Source: Ktedonobacteraceae bacterium (GTDB taxonomy: Bacteria > Chloroflexota > Ktedonobacteria > Ktedonobacterales > Ktedonobacteraceae). Taken from it: 18,798 bases of DNA. Below, piece after piece: positions 16,004 through 18,798 of this stretch. A model generated the notes under the pieces. It ran no database searches. It was not told where the DNA came from and saw only the letters and a program-made list of their open reading frames with translations. Location of the stretch: NCBI GenBank assembly GCA_036272735.1, contig DATAYF010000474.1, forward strand, positions 1 through 18,798. Reading direction: 5' to 3'. The position numbers and the translations under genes are program-made. How positions within the stretch are numbered: the stretch's first letter is position 1; every line of letters starts with the position of its first letter.

Positions 16004-17869
16004 ATGAGTAGTTGGCAAAATCAGACCAGAGAAGCAGCACCTATGCAGATAAGCAACGCCCCGTTGGATAGCGCGGACATCGTCATTGTTGGCAATGGCA
16101 TAGCAGGACTCACGGCAGCGTTAGAAGCGCGTGCCCTGGACCCTGAAAAGCGCATCGTCATCATTACGAGCCAGATCCATCCAACGATCAATACTCCTGC
16201 CCTCAAGCAGTTTGCTATTGCGAAACTGAGCAGGGAGCAATTGTTGGCGTATCCAGCGGGCACGGAGCGCGAACGGCGTATCCATGTTGTCAATGCACAT
16301 GTAGAGGAGATTCACGCGCGTAGCAAATATGTGGCTCTGCGTGGGAGTCGCGGCTTTGGTTATGGTTCACTACTTATCGCGACCGGCAGCCAGCCGCAGG
16401 GCATATCGGACCAGATACCAGGCCACGAGTTCGATGGTGTGCTAACGTTGCACTGCTTGCAGGAATATCTTGATTTACGCAGGCGACTAAGCGAGGTTAG
16501 TGAAGCCGTGGTCATTGGTGGGGGGGTACATGCCATCGAGACGGTCATGGGTCTGCGCCACTGGGGCATACGCGTACACTGGCTCATTCGCGGCTCAACC
16601 TTTATGCGCAACGTGTTGGACGAGTCGGCTTCGAGTATTATTTTGGAACACGTACGCCGTCAGGGGGTCGTAATCCACACGGAGACCGAGATCGTCGGCA
16701 TCGTAGGCCGGGTGGGGGGGGTTGCAGGCGTCATCACCAACCAGCAGCAGATGCTTCCTTGCCAGATTGTGCTGGCATGCACGGGTACCAAACCGGTCAC
16801 GACCCTGGCCGAGCATTGTAGCGTGCCCATTCAGCAAAAAAACGGGATTATCGTTGACGATAAGCTGCGCAGCAGTGTCCGCGATATTTATGCTGCTGGT
16901 GACGTTGCCGCCCTGCTTAATCCACAAACCGGTTGCTATGAAACTCGTGCCCAGTGGTACGCGGCAACCTTCCAGGGACGCATAGCGGGCGCGATGCTCG
17001 TGGGTGATAAAGAGCTGGCACGGCAACCATTCGGTGTGTCCTGGCATGCTACGCACCTGGGTGTGCTCTCTATGCTCACTGTTGGCGAACCACTCAACCA
17101 GAGCAACAAAATCGTTACGCTCACAGATACCAGTCAGGGTGGATACCGTCGTTTGGCAATCGCCAACGACCGTCTAGTTGGTTACCTCTCGCTTGGGCAC
17201 AAACAATGTGATAGCCTGGCGATTAAGCGCATCATCGACGAGGGGCATTCTATCCGGGGCATCACGAAGTCGCTCCTGAAGGGCAACTTTGACGCGCGGC
17301 GTTATCTTTCACAGATACGCTCGAAAGCAGCGGCCGGTATTATTAGTAGTGGGAAGCTGCCACCACTTGCGTCCAACCAACCCTCGGAGATAGAACTGCG
17401 TCCGGTAAGTGGGCATCTGTCCCATGGCTCAACGCGGCGCGATGTGCAATCGCAGCCTGGCATTATTCAGGAACCAGCGCGCGAAGTAGTCTATAACGAG
17501 GACGATATTAATCCTTTTACCGGCAATCTGCCAGCATTTGCACAGCCTATCACCGGCGAGTTTGCAATAGACAACAGTTTGATAGAAGATACCGGAGAGC
17601 AGGATAGTCTGGATGATATGCCGAGCCCCTTTACTGGCAATCTGCCATCATTCGACGAGACAGATACCGACCCGACCATCTCGTATACAGAGCAAGATGC
17701 CAATAGAGCGCGTAACCTCTGGGCGTATAGCGATGCTACGCCAGCCAGCCAGCAGAAAAAACCAGAAGAGATAGCGCCAGCGAGGAAGCAAGATATGCCG
17801 AGCAGTACGAAGCGCAACCTCTGGTCGTACACGCCCAGGCCGGATCAGAGGAAAAAGGGGGGACACTAA
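16004..17869 (+). CDS. FAD/NAD(P)-binding pyridine-nucleotide-disulfide-type oxidoreductase (ferredoxin/rubredoxin-reductase-like), ~430-aa catalytic part plus a ~190-aa disordered C-terminal tail carrying internal repeats
   Basis: Dinucleotide-binding motifs are present: DIVIVGNGIAGLTAALEA (FAD), VVIGGGVHAIETVMGL (NAD(P)), YAAGDVAA. The tail contains duplicated NPFTGNLPAF / SPFTGNLPSF and RNLWAYSDATP / RNLWSYTPRP. Start is 16004; alternative 16043. Confidence 0.8.
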   Translation: MSSWQNQTREAAPMQISNAPLDSADIVIVGNGIAGLTAALEARALDPEKRIVIITSQIHPTINTPALKQFAIAKLSREQLLAYPAGTERERRIHVVNAHVEEIHARSKYVALRGSRGFGYGSLLIATGSQPQGISDQIPGHEFDGVLTLHCLQEYLDLRRRLSEVSEAVVIGGGVHAIETVMGLRHWGIRVHWLIRGSTFMRNVLDESASSIILEHVRRQGVVIHTETEIVGIVGRVGGVAGVITNQQQMLPCQIVLACTGTKPVTTLAEHCSVPIQQKNGIIVDDKLRSSVRDIYAAGDVAALLNPQTGCYETRAQWYAATFQGRIAGAMLVGDKELARQPFGVSWHATHLGVLSMLTVGEPLNQSNKIVTLTDTSQGGYRRLAIANDRLVGYLSLGHKQCDSLAIKRIIDEGHSIRGITKSLLKGNFDARRYLSQIRSKAAAGIISSGKLPPLASNQPSEIELRPVSGHLSHGSTRRDVQSQPGIIQEPAREVVYNEDDINPFTGNLPAFAQPITGEFAIDNSLIEDTGEQDSLDDMPSPFTGNLPSFDETDTDPTISYTEQDANRARNLWAYSDATPASQQKKPEEIAPARKQDMPSSTKRNLWSYTPRPDQRKKGGH

Positions 17870-18181
17870 ATGCTCAAGATGTTCAAACCCGAACCAGCGC
17901 TGATGCATAGAACAGCGCCCCAGGTGATGCAGGAGATCCGCGCCTGCATTGGTTGCAATGAATGCTTGATTGCCTGTCCTGCGCTGGGTGAGCCAATCAC
18001 CATCGATGTGTTGAATCACCAGACGATCTCTGGCATGGTTTCGCCCTCGGTTGCACGTTTTGCGCAGGCGTGCTATCAATGCGGGGCGTGCGTCGATCCA
18101 TGCCCGGTCGGCCTGCACCGCGATGCCATGATGATGTGGCTGAAGGTGCGCATGCGGCGTGCAGAGCAGGGAGAAGAGTAG
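17870..18181 (+). CDS. 2[4Fe-4S] dicluster ferredoxin-like protein
   Basis: Two CxxCxxCxxxCP motifs: CIGCNECLIACP and CYQCGACVDPCP. The ATG immediately follows the TAA of the upstream reductase gene (TAAATG). Confidence 0.8.
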   Translation: MLKMFKPEPALMHRTAPQVMQEIRACIGCNECLIACPALGEPITIDVLNHQTISGMVSPSVARFAQACYQCGACVDPCPVGLHRDAMMMWLKVRMRRAEQGEE

Positions 18182-18182
18182 T

Positions 18183-18798
18183 ATGCAAATCGCGGAGGAA
18201 AAACGCGGCGGCCGTAAAAATAAAAGTATGATGGTCTGGGTCGTCACCGTTGGTATCATTCTCGTGGCGGTTGCCATTGAGTTCTGGTATAGCCGCGTCA
18301 GCAACGATCTTTCGCCTGATAGCCTGCTCGGTTTTGCTTTTGCCATCAGTGGAACCATTTTCCTGCTGCTGGCGGCAATCCGTTATAGTATGCATCGCCG
18401 CTCACGCACAAACGGCTCAGGGCTGCTCAACAAGTCGTTACACTGGCACATTGGCTTCGCCATGATCGCCTTCGCCCTGCTCCTATTGCACTCGTTAGGT
18501 AACTTCAATCCGCGTTCAGGCACGTATGCGCTCTTTGCCATGATTGCCATGGTCGTTAGTGGCGTGATTGGCAAGGCACTGGATAAGGTGATGCCGCGCC
18601 TGATTACCAGAGAGGTCAGTAAGGCGTTGACGGCGCAGGGGGATGATCGACTGGAAGAAATCACGCAGGAACTGCACACCATGGTTGAGTATAGTACGCA
18701 GGAACTGCAAGGTTTTTCCGTTGCACAAAAAAACGGCAGTTCCAAGCTCCCCACAAAACCTCAATCGAACGAGCCGCTATTACCATTGACGCAACGCG
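18183..18798 (+). CDS. Polytopic membrane protein (at least 4 TM helices, His residues flanking TM3), 3'-truncated by the window edge. Possible membrane redox partner of the reductase/ferredoxin pair.
   Basis: The frame is open from the ATG at 18183 (GGGAGAAG RBS, 1 nt after the ferredoxin stop) to the window end. It is not in the ORF track because it has no stop. Hydrophobic segments: VWVVTVGIILVAVAI, LLGFAFAISGTIFLLLAAI, HWHIGFAMIAFALLLLH, YALFAMIAMVVSGVIG. Confidence 0.6.
   Translation, partial: MQIAEEKRGGRKNKSMMVWVVTVGIILVAVAIEFWYSRVSNDLSPDSLLGFAFAISGTIFLLLAAIRYSMHRRSRTNGSGLLNKSLHWHIGFAMIAFALLLLHSLGNFNPRSGTYALFAMIAMVVSGVIGKALDKVMPRLITREVSKALTAQGDDRLEEITQELHTMVEYSTQELQGFSVAQKNGSSKLPTKPQSNEPLLPLTQR

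Noticed and set aside
18250-18465. 71-aa ORF from the six-frame track
   Set aside because: It lies out of frame inside a much longer open frame (18183 to window end). That longer frame has a good RBS, is coupled to the ferredoxin stop, and encodes clear TM helices. The short ORF is a shadow frame.
1-18798. CRISPR arrays, rRNA/tRNA genes, prophage or defence-system gene clusters
   Set aside because: No short regularly spaced direct repeats, no rRNA/tRNA-like conserved segments, and no nuclease, ATPase or methyltransferase gene pairs typical of defence islands were seen.

Overview
This is an 18.8 kb chromosomal window of roughly 55% GC. The gene content (RicT/YaaT-type PSP1 protein, a Thermotoga-like type I-beta DAHP synthase, a PdtaR-like ANTAR response regulator, many proteins with low-complexity P/Q/Y-rich tails) suggests a Chloroflexota genome, possibly Ktedonobacteria-like; that taxonomic call is inference and low-confidence. 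Nothing here was searched against a database; all calls rest on motifs read directly from the translations and DNA.

Gene order, left to right:
- The 3' part of an ISAzo13-family transposase, truncated by the window edge.
- A divergent small double-CxxC zinc-ribbon gene (minus strand, TTG start).
- tgt (queuine tRNA-ribosyltransferase), then a lipoate-protein ligase family gene.
- A consensus promoter and a roughly 180-nt leader in front of a GlcG/HbpS-like (DUF336) gene. Its stop overlaps the start of a gene for a charged, membrane-anchored hypothetical protein.
- A bidirectional terminator.
- A GH2 beta-mannosidase on the minus strand.
- A 576-bp divergent intergenic region.
- A type I-beta DAHP synthase with an N-terminal regulatory domain, followed by a clean terminator.
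- A 570-aa secreted hypothetical protein with tandem direct repeats in its promoter region.
- An apparent cluster: PdtaR-like ANTAR response regulator, RicT (PSP1) with a Cys-rich tail, and a 4-TM SPFH/band-7 protein.
- A second cluster: a small secreted protein, an FAD/NAD(P) ferredoxin-reductase-like protein with a repeat-bearing disordered tail, a 2[4Fe-4S] ferredoxin, and a polytopic membrane protein that runs off the right edge.

The most interesting non-obvious signal is in the 576-bp region upstream of the DAHP synthase. A perfect-consensus sigma70-type promoter (TTGACA-17-TATAAT) is followed by a 23-codon ORF, below the length cutoff of the ORF track: MHSTKYNQQLNHFYFYYWFSPPA. It has seven consecutive aromatic codons (F Y F Y Y W F). 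A long imperfect hairpin and a strong intrinsic terminator follow, all upstream of the DAHP synthase start codon. This has the architecture of an aromatic-amino-acid leader-peptide transcription attenuator controlling the first enzyme of the shikimate pathway.
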